From Raillietiella orientalis (Eukaryota), in contig JAYWIR010000005.1 in NCBI GenBank assembly GCA_036172245.1, positions 1,116,001 through 1,180,000 on the forward strand: DNA of 64,000 nucleotides, read 5' to 3'. This document shows positions 22,269-36,225 of the stretch, in pieces. Both the position numbers and the translations under genes were made by a program. Below the pieces are notes generated by a model, which saw only the letters and a program-made list of their open reading frames with translations, was not told the origin of the DNA and did not search any database. The stretch's first letter is position 1. Each line of letters starts with the position of its first letter.

Positions 22269-25200
22269 TGAGAGCGCCGGAGGAAGATCGAATAACACCC
22301 GAGGAAACCTTGCGGCCCGAGCGTGCAACCGAACCCCGGAGGGGAAAAATTCCTTTGAAAAAAAAAAAAAAAAAAAGTGACGTCGTACTCTGGTTTCGAA
22401 AATCCATACACTGAGGTAAACACAATGGAAATCCGGATTCCCCGACACGGAAGAGGGAAAGATATAAATACATCAACACGCAATACAGATTCCAGAGGGA
22501 AATTCTTTCCTCTCCTTTTTTTTCTTTTTTTTTTTTTTTTTTTGCGCGCGCGCGCGCGGGTGGGTGGGTGTTTTGTTTTAATACCAAGACTTGCGAAAGA
22601 CACCTTTTTTGTTGTCCGGGAATCCATCGCCCAAGGAACCAACGCGATAACAAATAAATTTCACGAAATCGCGGGCGAATCGATCAAAGACCGGGATGAT
22701 GCAACGCTGGAGCGATTAGCTCCAGCGGAGGATAAATGGGACACGATGGCTGGCGGCGGCAGCAGACGAAATTCCGCGATTCGAGAACGATGCCCACGGC
22801 TTCGTCAGGTTCTTCCATAAGTACCACCGAGTGGCCAGGCAATTAGCGCAGTGCTCGCTCGCGGGAGCCTCCACACACACACACACACACACACCACTTG
22901 CACACGGCAGCGGCGGCAGCAGCAGCAGCGGAATTCTGCTGCTGCCTCTCCTCCTCCTCCCCGGAGGCCGTGCGTGGAGGGAACTGCACACCAGAAAAGC
23001 GGGCCCTGAGGCCGACTTCCCCGTCCTCCCGGCGGCACGCACGCGAGAGGACAAAAGAACACTGGGGGGCACACGGAGGGAGAGGCCACGTGCAAAACGG
23101 CACGGCATGAACCCAGTCGGGGAGGAGGGGGGGGGAGCAGGTGGAACGGATGGGAGAAGCGACGGCCAGCACACACCTCCCTTCCTTTTTTTTGCCGAGA
23201 ACGCGAAAGCCGAGCAGGTGAAAAGAGGGAGACCCAAAGCCAAAGAAGAAGGCCTGCCAATCCGACAACCAGAATGAATCCACCCACCCGAGCGCAAGGA
23301 CAGCGGCAGGGCAGCCCCGAAAAGCCCCCTCTTCCTACCGCGAAGAGTTTACCACGACCTTGCAATGGGCTCGTGCACCGACGTGGAAGATCAGAAACCT
23401 TCCGGAGGACCTCTCTCTCGTGTTTTCCGATGTTTTCGCAGGTCTGCAATGACCAAAACACGCGCACGCGCGCGCACACATTTGGGCGGAAAGGCAGCCG
23501 GTCGAACGCATCACGGAGCGCATTATAGGGGTCGCCTGCCCCCCATCAGAGGCACAGGGAGAATCCTCGAAGGACCCAAACGAGTCGTGCTCCCGGCGGG
23601 ACGGGAAAAACTACCGAAAAAAATCATTTCAAAAAAAAAAAAAAAAAAGAAGTGCACGTCATAAGATATGCAGAGACCAAAAGCAAAAAAAAAAAAGCGC
23701 TGGCGTGTGATGATACAATGAGAGCCTTGGGATATTTTGTATCAAAGATGCACGAAAAGCGCCATCTTTTGCGGGCGATACCGAGGAGACGCGCCGGCCG
23801 AACCGCCGTTCGATGGGTGGGGCGCGAGGCCCACGCAGGACACACCCCGAAGGTGCACGGACACCCCGTCGCTGCTGCTCTCGGGCAACGGCGCTGCCTG
23901 AGAAGGTTCCCGAGGCAACGCGGACCGCATCCCCAAACCGACGCAGTGTTTGAGCGAAACACCGAAAAGCACATCAAACGAAAGGGAAGGGGAGGGGGGG
24001 TAGGAAGGAGGAAAATCACGAATACAAATGAGGGGGCAGCAGAGGGAAGCGGCATTCGATTAACCGGGGCAACTGACGCGCACGGCACAACGCGAGTGAG
24101 GCGCCAGCCGTTTCCACCGCAACGCAACAACCGGATCCCGTCCGGCCTGGGGAAGTTTCGCGCGCGGCTGCCGGGCTCTCCCTCCGGGGTGCACCGCGGA
24201 AATCGGCCTGCCGGCGGCTGCCCGTCACGCGGGAGCGGACACGAGCACACCGCAAGCAGCAGCAGCAACGTTCGTTCCCGCGTGAAAACGGCCCCGCGAG
24301 GGTGGACTTGGTGGCACCCCACCCCCCTCCGTCCCACAGCACCACCACCACCACCACCACGGCGCGCCGAAGCTTACTTACACGCTGCGCGTCCTCTGTC
24401 CCAAGCATGAAACCACCTTCCACGGAAACGGCACTCCACTGGAATGTTGTGCAGCGCAAGTATTTTTCTGTACGTACACCTACCTCCGTAAACTCCCACT
24501 CTTCCTCCCTCGCTCTCTCTCCCCTCTCCTCCCTCTCTCTCTCTAGCGCGCGCGTTCTCTATCTGAAGCTGCACGTCTCATCGATTGGAAGAGCGAAAGC
24601 AATGCGCACGCATGGGAAACCAATTGCACCAAACGCATCCGAATGCCGGTACGAGGTGAAGGTCAACAATGACTGGGTTGCTGGCGTGTTGCTGTGGTAA
24701 CGCAGAGTACATGCGGCTGCGAAGTAAATAAGGCAAGGACTGGCAGATTTATAACAGTCGGGGGGGGGAGGGGTATAGGCCGACCGCAGCCTGACGACGA
24801 AATGACGGGGAGGATGTAAATGCACCGGACGCTGGCCAGCCACGCACCAACTTGGTCGACGCGCAGCTGTGAAACAAGGGGAAAAATACCCCTGGCAAAG
24901 GGGGATCATCAGGAAACTACGGACGTGGCAACCAAGCGAGAACCAAAAAAAAAAAAAAAACTGTTTGCTTAGGCCGAAGGAAGGGCGGGAGGAAAAGTGC
25001 TCGGTGTGCTCCGAGTAAAGAAACAGAAAACCAGGGCTGCATCCCCCAACTGTCCAAAAGGTAAAAACAAAAAAATAAACAAACAAGCAAAGCACGGCAC
25101 GAGCGAAAACACTGGACCACAGTTCGTCAAGGATTCGGCTCAGAAGGACTCTAGCTGGAGTTGCACGCATAAAAAAGTTGCGGTTAAGAAAAATCACAGA

Positions 25201-26496
25201 TGGACCGCGCGCGCACGAAGACGTGCAGCCCCCCATCCAGAAAATCAAATCGTAACGGCACGGCTCTTCCTGGAGCAGCAGAGACGACGAATCGAAGGCT
25301 CAGCGAAACGCTTTCGCCGGAGAGAACGTGAAAATCCAAAGTACACCTCCCCCCCCCCTCCCCCTCTTCAAAGACGGCTTACGAGGACAAGGAAACGCTG
25401 GGACGTCGTCAACGGAGACGTCAAGGGCCTGCCGCAAGGAATGCAGGACAACCGTGGTCACTCCCTCTCATTCGCACATACAGCACACTCCACAAAAGTG
25501 GGGGGGGGAGGGGAAAACACACACACACACACAAACCTCCACGCTTGCAGAAAACAAACACAGCGAAACGTAGGCGGATTGGCAGCGCATACACAAAAAT
25601 AAAACGAACGCAAGGAAGGGGGCGCGAGGAAGCTGCACATGCGCGCGCGGACGCATAGGCATGCGCTCGCACGGAGCATCCGTTTCATTCATGGTATGCT
25701 AAAAATGGGTAGCGGAAAGCGGCGGAGCGCGCGAGCGCACTGGCAGCTATGTCAACGCGCGATTTGGTGTGTGGTTGCGCCGGTTTTGTCGTCGTCGTCG
25801 TCGTGGCTGCTTCCACCGTCGCTGGCGTTCGCGTGCAGCTGCGAGAGGGGACAACGCAGCACGGGGAAGGACGGGCGCGAGCGCCGCCCGTGGTACACAC
25901 CCCCACCCTCAAACACGAGGGTGGGTGGGGGTGGAGCACTTGGTTACGTGGGGCGACGACGGAGGTAGTGAGGAGGGGAAAATCGACACGGGAAGCGCAG
26001 AGCAGCCACGCGATTGCCACGGGTTCGCAGATCGTGCGCCCACGCGGGCGCCCTCCCCCGCCTGACGGGCGGAAAACGGCCGTCCGGCCGCAGCAGCGCC
26101 CGCTCGGATCGCGCGCGCGGGCTCTCCCGACGTGCGACGACGACCCGCGCGCGGCGGCGCTTTCGATCCGAGGCAACGCGGCGGCGGCGGCGGCGCAATT
26201 CTCTTCCGTCCCGAGAGGCGCAACACTTTCGGTGCTGCGAGCGGAGAGAGAATCCCCTCCCCCCCTCTCGCGCGCGCGTGCTCGCCCCGTGGAAGAAGCT
26301 TTCCTGCATACGGACAGCGGTGCCCGGCACGTGGAACGGATGCCAGGCTCGCAGGGAGCGGGGAAGATCGTACAGGGCGATGATGATGACTCTCAAGCCA
26401 CCTCCTGCTTCGACCTGTCGGCAGAAGCGTTGCCGAGTGCTTGCGAATGTTTCCAGCGGACTTTCTCCCCTCCTGCCCCTTCCCTCACTCTCCCTT

Positions 26497-26500
<4 letters not shown>

Positions 26501-26551
<51 letters not shown>
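26501..26551. repeat. Poly(T) homopolymer, about 51 nt
   Basis: Read directly from the sequence. Confidence 0.95.
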
Positions 26552-26553
<2 letters not shown>

Positions 26554-28479
26554 CCTTTCTCTGCTTCCCTTTTTTTCTACCCACTCTGCTTTGAGCGGTG
26601 GACGCGCGCTGCATTCCCGGAGTCCCTCCTCCTCCTCCTCTCCGGCAACGGTCTCTTCCTGATTCGCGCGCGTGCGTTGTGCCCTGCGGAGCGAGTGGGG
26701 GAAAAGAGGGAGAAGGCAGAGAGAGGGACACGACGGAGAGGACGCACGCCCTTTCTCACTCCACCCTCCCGGCCCCGCCCATCCGGACATTTTCGGGAGG
26801 ACCGCCAGCAGCAGCTTCCAAGCGAAGGGCGGGAGCGACGGAAGCTCCCGTTCTCCCTCCGTCATCGCCTCGCGCCCCGCCTCTTTCACTTGACCCCCAC
26901 CCACCTGCCTTGCGAACCCCCCGTCCGTGGGCGCGGAAAAGATGGCGAGTAGAAAGCGGCGGCGCGCGCTCCGCGAAGGAAAGCCTTTGAAGCTGCGGTC
27001 ACGTTGGCGCCTCCCAGCTCGCGTGCCACCCCCCCAGCACGACGCGTCTCCTCTTCGTCTTGCCGAGAAACCACGAGGCGGCGACCTCACGAAGCAGATC
27101 GGTTACTGCCAAAAGGCGGCCGGGATCCGCCTCTCCTGCCGGGGGCGCGTGCTCTTCCTCCAGGGACTTCTCTCTCTCTCCCCTCCTGGGGTTTTCCGGG
27201 GGACCTCGGTTGCCCCCGTCCGCAGTCGCCGGCAATCACGGAGGGCGGGTAGGTGAGCGACGGATCTCCTCCCCCGCTGGTGCGCGCCAGCCGCGATTTC
27301 CAGAGGGGAGGAGGAGGAAAGATAGAGAGTGGTTGAAGGCAGGAGTCCCGCCGCACTTGGCGCCCTTCCAGGGAATCGCAAGGCGGCGAGCGTGCTCGAG
27401 CCGGCTCGAAGGAGCGGGGAGGGAGGGAATGAGGAAAAAGGACAGCCGCTTCCTACTGCGCCCCCGCGTGACGACGCCTACGGAGCACACGCGTCCTTGT
27501 CGCCGCCCGTGGAGCAAAGCAAAGAGGGGGCAGTTGATCCTCCTCTGCTGAAGGACGCGCGCACTGCTTCCTCCGACCGGAGCAGTTTCCGCCCTCTTTC
27601 GGCCGGTGGGATCCTTCGCCAAGGCATGGATCGATGCTCCCCCCCGGCTCGCCGCATCGCCAGCGAGCCCCCTTCGTGCTAGCTGGCGGGCCGTGGTCTC
27701 TCACTGTCACCATTGCTTATCGCGGTCCCCCTCGGCACCAGCGGCATTGCCGCCGCTTCCGCTGCTGTCCTGCTCCCCTTCGCAGCGAGACGCGCTTTTT
27801 CGAAAGGGCCCCCTGCGCTCAGTCCGTCCCCGGGGAAAGCCCTGCGACGTCGTCGTTGCGAGGCGCATTCCCGCAAACCGCGAGCGACTAGCCGCGGACG
27901 GGCACCCCCAGGATCGGAAGGAAGGCTGGAGCGGCCGGTCCGAGGACCCCCGAGACGGCAACCGGAAACTGCGATCGGTTCCTGCTCCACCATCGGCGTT
28001 GCCCGGGAGACGGCAGAGCGCGAGTCCCACTTCCACTGGGGCTTCAGGGACGCAAGGCTCTCTCTGCTAACAGAGCTCAGTCTGGAGAAGGGGATGCAGC
28101 GACCTTTACGCGGGCAGGTTTCGACACGGGGCGCTTCGCGCTCGCGCGCGGGACGCAGGTTGCGCAACCTGCGCGGGAAGAGCGAGGAAGCCCGTCGCCG
28201 ACGTCACACCGTGGTCGCGATCGGGCGGGGACCGCGCGGCCTCACGGGACCTCCTCCTTGCATCCGGCGACGGGGAAAGGGGGTGGTGCCTCCTCCACGC
28301 CCCTTCACCCGGTCTCCCGGACGGTGCAGCTGCGTTTCGCGCGGGAAGGTCCGAAGAGTCGAAACTCCTTTCAGCCAGGCGCCAACGAAGCACACCGTTT
28401 GCGCTTTCGGAGGGACGTCCGACCTTCTTGGTCCATTCCAAGAATCAGGGACCCTTCGGCCCCTTCTTCCATCGCATAC

Positions 28480-28840
28480 CATGGAGCTGGACCCCTGAAG
28501 GGGTCGTCCCTCCAGAGTGTTAAGAAATGCGCAGCTCCCTTCGGGGAGGCGCCCTTCAGGGAAATTGGGAAGCGTCCCTTCGGGATTCTCTTCAGAGGAA
28601 GAAACGGGGAGCGAATCTTTTCCTCTGGAAAAATAAGGAAGAGGTTCCCTTCAAGGTTCCCCTCCCAAGCTTAAGAGGAAGTGGCTCCTTCCTTCTGTGG
28701 GGCCTTCCTGGATTCCACAGGGTGGTGCCCCCGGGATCATCTCCTAACTTGAAGAGTGACACGCACCCTCGCGTAGCGTTAAAAAGCTTTGTGAGCTTCC
28801 CCTAAGGAGGCGAACGGTTCTTCAGTACTTGGCGAACCCC
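28480..28840. repeat. Dispersed hairpin-rich repeat, copy 1
   Basis: Colinear with the reverse complement of 45355-45750. Shared blocks include AGTGTyAAGAA, GCTCCCTTCGGG, TCCCAAGCkTAAGAGGAA, CTTGAAGAGTGA and AGGCGAACGGTyCTTC. Confidence 0.75.
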
Positions 28841-31329
28841 AAAAAAAAGACCTCCCTCCCCCTCTCCCCCCCCCCCAAGAAAAAAAAACACGTACACGAC
28901 CGTGTAGGGAACACGGCCGGTTACGTCCGAGACGACCAGCTCCGAGTGTGCAAAACTCAGTTGCCGTGCGCGCACTTTGGTTGGCTGTCAGGCTGCAAAG
29001 AAACTGTGATTTACGGAATCCTGCTAGAGCATGTGCACTCCGTATTCCGAAACGTGTGTACGTTTCGTGCGCGCAGTACACGTGTGCTCATGAAAATTAT
29101 AAGGCAGACTGCAAAATGTCCTGAAGCCAAAAAAACAACAACAAAATGACTGCCGTGAATATACAAATCACGCTTACACGAGTTAAAAAAACCACACACA
29201 CACACACACACACATTTATCATTCTATATGTACCAATTTATGCTTATGTCCATGTACACGTACATGTGATCATAAAATTTCGTCGCACCGTGCGTACAAT
29301 CAAAGGAGCCACAACAGCAATACATCACAGATTGCACGTGCACGGGTATGCATGGACGATGACGACCTCTGACCGGGGGACAGGCGCATACATGATGATA
29401 GCATACGCACTCCAAACACAGCCAGGCATAACTGCTGTGTTACACGACACCCACCCACCCACGTACACACTTGCAAAACAGAATTTACAAGTTTTCAAAA
29501 GTTTGGAGTGAACGAAATCGCTTACTGCGGCTCCTGCGGAGAAAACTTTTGGCCCCCGGGCACGTACGAAGCAACAGATGAGAAATTTTGCGATAGAATC
29601 GTATCGGGCCGGTTGGTGCACAAGCAAAAAGCTCCTCGTGGCGGTAGCCACCGTGACGTTACACTCTTGGAGGGGCACTCCACCCTCGCCGGTGCATGCG
29701 CAGACCGATTCCTCCCGGGAATCTCGCTGACCTCTGGTATGCCAAATTAAAAGCTCCTCCCCCCTTGCTCACAAACTTTTTTTTTTTTGCCCTACTCCGA
29801 GCTCTCGTCCTCCCCCAGTCTCCTCCCCTACCAGTCGCACTCTTTGCGCTCTTGAGAAATACCTTCACCTCCCCTACGGGTTGTCTCTCTCATCCCGGGC
29901 TGCTCTTGTTTCACCCCGCCGATTCTCCTCGCGCCACCCTCTTTTTTTCTGACTTTTTTTTTTTTAAGCCTACTGAACCGAAAGCCGCGTGCTACCTGCG
30001 CCGGAAGCTGTGCTATTGGAACGTTCGAGAAGTTGACAAATTTTCTCCGTGGAAACCCCTGCTTTGGCCAATAAGCTTCGCGATTTCAGGAAAGCAAATC
30101 AAAATGGACGCGCCCTCCGAAGAGCGCACGCGGTTGCACTTGTTGAGTCTGCGGAAGCGAAAGTGGCGCGGCCGATGACTGTCGCGGCGGGATGGTGCCC
30201 CAAAGTGGAGCGACCAGGAGGAGCAAAGGAGGTGGTGGCGAATCCCGGCCGGGCTGCAGAAGGTCATCGTGCCGCGCCCTGCCATCGGGAAAGACATTAG
30301 CGAAACCGCGAACTCGAAGAGAGGGAGGATTTCGGGCGGACGAACGAAACATCCCTCTTCCCGACCGCATCAACGCGCAGGGACTCTTCCCGTCGCTCCC
30401 TTCTGCCCGCCACGACCGGCAGAGGTTAACCTCGGCGTTCACGTCACTCAGCCAGCGGGGGTATGGGAAGTTGCCTGCCGCTACACGACACCAGACCCTC
30501 CGCTCACCCCAATCTGGGAAGGCGATGGCTTCCCAAGCCCCGTTCTCCCAAGGAGTGGCACTGCCCCCTCTCTTCCCCCTCGTCATGCATGCGATGATAA
30601 GGATAACGGCGTACGGGCGAAGGGGGAACGCACGTTCCCAGGAGGACCACGCGATCTCCTCCCCGACGGAGGAGTCGTGAGCAACAGCAAGGGGGAGAGG
30701 CAGTGAAGAAGACATGGTCTTTCTTCCTGAGGCAGTGGGAGTTCCGGAGTAGGCCGAAAGGACTGCTTCTTACCCTCGATCCCTTCGAGAACACCAGCGT
30801 GCAGGTTCCCTGGTGAGGAAGAGGAGGAAATTTCCTCTGCGCCTGTGCCTCCTCCGGGCGAAAGCCGGGGAACGCCCGCTCTGGGGAGTGCGGCCACCGC
30901 AGAGGGTGCATCGCCCGTTCTCATCGCGGCCTTCGCTCGGGGGGCGCATCTTAGCGCCCTGGGGAACAAGGACTTCCATTTCCCGATTCGCTGGGTCCCG
31001 GGATTCACAAAGACGGCGAGAAAGCCGGCGGTCTGCCCCTCCCCATGTGGCGAAGAGCAACGCCGGAATGTCACGGATTTTCCACGAAGATTCTGAGACC
31101 GCCGATCTCGCTCGTTGCGATAGTGATGATAATCAGTGTGCGGTGATTGACTGACAGCAATGACGATTACTGTGGGCTACGCATCGAAATCGAAAATCCC
31201 CACGCTTGGACAGGTCACCACCCACTGGGGCGGTGACGTCACTACCGTGACCTTCATTCTTTCCGGTATTGCCACACTCTGAATCATCGCAGCCTGGGCG
31301 ATTTACATAAGGTGCTGAATTTATAGGTC

Positions 31330-32256
31330 CATCCCCCATCTCTCATCCTACTTCGCCCCCTTCCGTACCTCCCAGTGGCATCCCTTAGGGAACACATGGA
31401 CAGCAGCCTTATGAGTAGATGGGAGGTTACTATGGGAATCTCCGGAAGGAGGAAAGGGCTGGGCGAGTGGACGACGGACCAGCTTACGGACGCTGAGACC
31501 GCAATCGCTCGGCCTCGTGGACTTTTGCGCTGGAGCGTGCTACTGGGTATTCCGGAGGAAGGCCTGCAGTGGCCCCGCATCCGGACCCTCCCCTGAAAGT
31601 GGCAGGGACCGGAGTTGATGCTGCTGCACTGGGACCTCCAGTGCAACGCCCGCCGACATCATTGGACACGAGTGAGTGTGGACCCAAACTGTGCAAGGTG
31701 CAAGAGGGGAATCCCTCCCACACCTGCTCCTGGATTGTGTTGCCCGAACGCTTTGCCGCGTCCCTGCGGAACCTCGAGGGCAACCCCAGGAACGTTCTGA
31801 AGCGCGTCATCCTGCGCGGCGCCTTCACGCCGGCCACGTCCCTAGCATCACTTTGCTGCCTACGTGGCGGGACCGTGGCTTCATGGAGCAGCAACGCCAA
31901 AGGAGACCAGGACGACATGGACGCCATCTATTCTACTTCATGAGAACAGTATCAAGATGACGCAATCTGGGAGTCTTGAAACAGGAAATTGCCGGCATCC
32001 TTACAAGGATGCAGGGGACGCCTTCCAGCATCCAGTGATCCCTTCTCGAAGCCTCCCAATTTTCTGATTGTATGTTTTTTGTTTTATTTTTTTTGTCTCC
32101 CCTTCCCCTGTGCTGCCAAGGCGAACCCCACTGGCCTGCGTGCCAGTTCCCGGCAGGTTCCTCCTCGTAGTTATACGTAATGTGGGGCAGGATCAGATGT
32201 CCTGCCACAGATGCGTATGTTTATTTTATAAATAAACGCCCCGGCGTGACCGGGTG
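31330..32256 (+). mobile_element. L1/Tx1-like LINE 3' fragment
   Basis: RWEVTMGISGRRKGLGEWTTDQLTDA, DPNCARCKRG/ESLPHLLLDC, ASLCCLRGG, and a full structured 3' UTR with AATAAA at 32231. Confidence 0.88.
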
Positions 32257-35200
32257 TTAACCAGCGGCATCAGCGTATGATGCTTTAACCCTCGATGGTC
32301 CAAGTTCTTTTCTCTGTTCCGTCCACACCTTTCTTACGGCTTCTCCGAGGGCTGCCTCGCGCTCCCGCAGGGAATGCGGCATCTCGTGTGCTGACCCATG
32401 CTTCCGCCCCCTTCGCCTTACAGCCTCCCTTTCTCACAGTCCCCAACCTCCTCTGTGCCCCATATGCCCACCCTACACACTGGAGCCATTTTCGGACGTC
32501 TCGCGGCCACGGACTTCCTGTACTGGACTTCGCCTCGTGCGGAGGATCGCGTCATCTTGTCCTTCGATGCCTCCGGTGTTGTTACGGTTTCCGCCCGCCT
32601 AACGTGACTCCAGCAAGGTCCGTAGCACCGGCAAACTACGGTTCTTTGGGGGGAGGACTTTGACAGCAGTTCTTCTGAAGAAGAGCGGCTCACCACCCGG
32701 AAACGAACCACGATTGTCGGTGCTTTACGCCGTCGGTTCGGGAGCCCTTCGGAGCTCCGGAGGGGTTCCCTGGAGTCCACCCGAGAGCCCAGCCGTACTG
32801 CCGCAGCCACGGCATGGAGAAGCCATCGGGTGGTGATCTCCGAGTGCCCCTGATCTTGGAATCTTTGCTTCTCCTGGTGTCTCTTTCCAGGAACAGCTTC
32901 AGGGCACCACCCTCCCTTTTTCTCCAACAGACATTTACTGCTTCCCTTCATCCGACTGCAAAAAGGTTGTTCTGATATCTTCTCTCGGTGCTTTCGCTTC
33001 GGAGGGGAACCCACCCATGTACTTGGCTACATATTTTTTTTTTCCTTTCATATATGTACATATATATGCTTTTTAGGCCTTCTGTTTTTCTGCCGAGCAC
33101 GCTGGTCTCTCCGCTTTTGCCGTCACTTCCTTTTGAAGCGGTTTGCATTGCTTTGCACCGGGCAATCTTGAGATTTTCCTTCGCAAAAGAGTATGCCGTG
33201 TCTTGTTGCAGAGGAGCAATCTTTCTGTCAGCGTGCCGATTTCTCCATCTCCTTGTGAAGATTCCCGACTCTTTCTCATTCCTCCCGTCCCCCTTCACCT
33301 TACACGCACCACCTTTCCCTCGTTTCGAGTGATTATTTAACCTGGTCTTTCATTGCCCGCAGTTTCGGTTTACAACGCGCATTCCGTCCGAGGTAGTGGG
33401 CCATTACATCGGAAGGGTATTTATAACTTCAAAAAACTCTCGCCAGGGATCGCTGCTCAGCAATAACAGGACTGCCGTTAAATAAATGATTCACTGCGTG
33501 CTATTTTAGCTTGGTGGTTTTTTAGAATCATTGCGCTTTCATACACACTGTGTAGGGAACATAAATACATCCGCACGTCACGAAACCAACATAAACGTGA
33601 AATCGAAAAGCAGCAAACGAGGCAAAGCAGAGCGAATGAAAAGCCCCTCCTCAAAAAAAGAGGCAAGGAAAAAAATTCATCCCCCGAAAAGATGCGAGAA
33701 AGAGAATAGCTGCTGCTTCGGATGCACCAGCACAACGTGAGGACCGGAAGAGACCGCGGAGCGAGCGCGCACCATCGTTGTCCTTGCGGGCGGAGCGGGA
33801 GAGCGCGTGCCGCCATGTTGGAGTCGTTCAGCTTCCCGTCTGCATTTGCGAATCGACAGGAGGCGACGGGTAATAGCAACCCTCTGGAACGAGGACGCAG
33901 TGAAGAACCCGGAATGAAAACCGGATGAGGAAACCCCCCCGCAGCAGCAGCGGATCGCCTAACCACGCCTCGCCAGACACCTTGGGGATCACACGAATTC
34001 GACGGTTGTGTGCTTTTCTTGCCCTCCCCTCCCCGTGTGATCTCACCGGACCTTAGCGAAAACGAGGATGTGGCGACGGAAGACCACGGTCTGCCTTCCA
34101 GGCAGAGATAGCTAGCTCCTCCCCTGCGCAAAGAGGAGACCACTTGCCCGGTAACGATCCAGTAACATGCCGCGCGAGGTAAACACCCCCGGCGATTTTC
34201 GGTAATGACTGATGCTCCGCGCATCTCGAACGTAAACATCAGGGATGCCAGAGTACTTTCCTCGCGGGGCGAAGAAGGTTCGCTGGCTTGGCAGCAGAGC
34301 GCAAGTGCAAATTCGAACGGGTAGCGTCGCCTGAATGTTTAATACCTCGAAGATGGATGCCTAATCACTCCTGGGAGTTGCCTTTACACATTGCAGTTTT
34401 ATGGCCCTTTTATCGCCGTTTACGCCCGGGACATCCGCAACTTTCCCCACCGCCAGTCACATTCCCTGAACAGGGAACCAGAGTTCGCATGTGGCGCAGC
34501 GCGGGACGATGATGGACGAGGAAAGGGATCGGCACAGGGTGAATACCGAGAAGAGCTGACGACGTTTCCCGCTGGGGCTGGGTGGGGTGGGTGGGGGGGA
34601 AGCCCGCGACCTCCCAAAGCCGCCGTTCCCGCCGACCGTCGACTGCCTGACTGTGCATCCCGCATCGAAGCGCGCGGCGGCTTCGTCCGAGAACCGTTGA
34701 GGAACAGACGGCAGCAGTCGGGCTGCATATGAAATCAGAAGATCCTCGTTTCGACATGCAGACACACTGACTGGGCTGCCCTCCCCGTCCCCGGAAGTAG
34801 GCCATGTCCGTCCCTGTTGATTTCAAAAAGGACAGACATCAAAGCGGCTTCCGGTCCGGTGCGCGCCGCATCTCAATTGCGGACCGCTCGCTCTCCTGAT
34901 CTTGGCGATCTACTGCCGACACCTCCCTGTACTCCTCTGCCCCGCAGCTGTTGATGGGGCGGCTCGATGCACTTGCTCGCCCCGCGGCGCTCGTCTCGCA
35001 TACGTATGAGCTGGTAACCCGTCGTGACGTCACCGGTGCTTCCTGGCACTGCGGAAAAGGAGACAGACAAGGCAGAAACCGCTCGCGAGGTCGGGCGGCA
35101 CACGTGGGCGGGTCGCTCGGAGTCCGTGCGCGCAAGAGAGGTGCGCAGCGGCGTTGCGCGCACACGCCACCGTGCGTCGACCGGCGAAGGGGGGCGACGC

Positions 35201-36225
35201 GAGCGTTCCGCCGTCCGGCGATCGCACCGCTCGCTGACGGATCGAAACCGCCCATTCCGTTGGGGGCAACTCCACCACCTGGATAGGCGCTCTGCAAATG
35301 CTGAGGTTGAACGCCAACGTGCGCTTGGCAACGCGTTGCCGGGGTTTAGCGTGTTCTCAGACGGTGAACACCACGCGGCGTGCTTGCGCCATACGCGCCG
35401 CATACGCTTGAAGCATTACTCGTGGACGCGCCGCCGCGTCCCAGTAAGCGCTCCGGAAGCCATGCGACGGAAGAAGCGTTTTTGTTGTTGCCCCCCCCCC
35501 CTTCCTTCCTTCCGTCCCGACCCCACGGGCCGGAGGGATTCGTTGGGAACGTCGAAACTGAAAGTTTCGCTCCGCCGTCTGCGGAGGCGGTGGCGCAGCG
35601 TGAAAGCGAGCTCAGATAGTGGCGGCGGCAGTATGGGCGCGCGTTTTGTGCTCACGGATCACGGCGTGGTAGATAACCGCAGCCCCCGGCCTCCCCCAAT
35701 GACTTGACGTCACGAGCGCTGGAAACGGCCTCCTCGCAGCGCAAAAGTCGATCCCTATCGTACGCGGAGGCGGTTTCCGCCCTCCCCCCCCCCGCTGCTC
35801 TCCGAAACATCCCGTATCGGGCCCGGGTGGGAGACAGCATCGAGGGTGTGTTTGGGGAACGAAGGAAAGGAAAGATCCGAACGCAGCGCATCTCTGGCAC
35901 CCAAGCGCTGATCCCCTCGCGAGAAATTTCGCCCTTCTCGACGGGGCGGGCGTTCCGCGAAACAGCGGCGTGGACCTTCGACAAGCCGCCAGCACGGCGC
36001 GGAGTAGGGAGCGTGCACGCGCAAAGTCGAGAACCTCTCTTTCTCTTGCAGACGGGGGATTTCCCGCGCTCGCGAACGATTTTCCCTTCTGCTGTTTCTT
36101 GCCCTTCCCCCCTCCCCCATCCCCGCGGGTTGCCATGGCATCTGGCGCTGTAAACGATCGGAGCCTCGATCCACATCGATGGCGCACACGAAACGCGAGT
36201 CTCCTTCACCCGTCCAAGCATTCGA

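Noticed and set aside
26393..27090. Poly-Lys and poly-Phe ORFs
   Set aside because: They are translations of a T homopolymer.
36129..36142. X-box-like GTTGCCATGGCATC (also GTTGCCGGGAGCAAC at 53020-53034)
   Set aside because: No identifiable gene start nearby, and degenerate matches also occur inside a LINE UTR (4335), so chance cannot be excluded.
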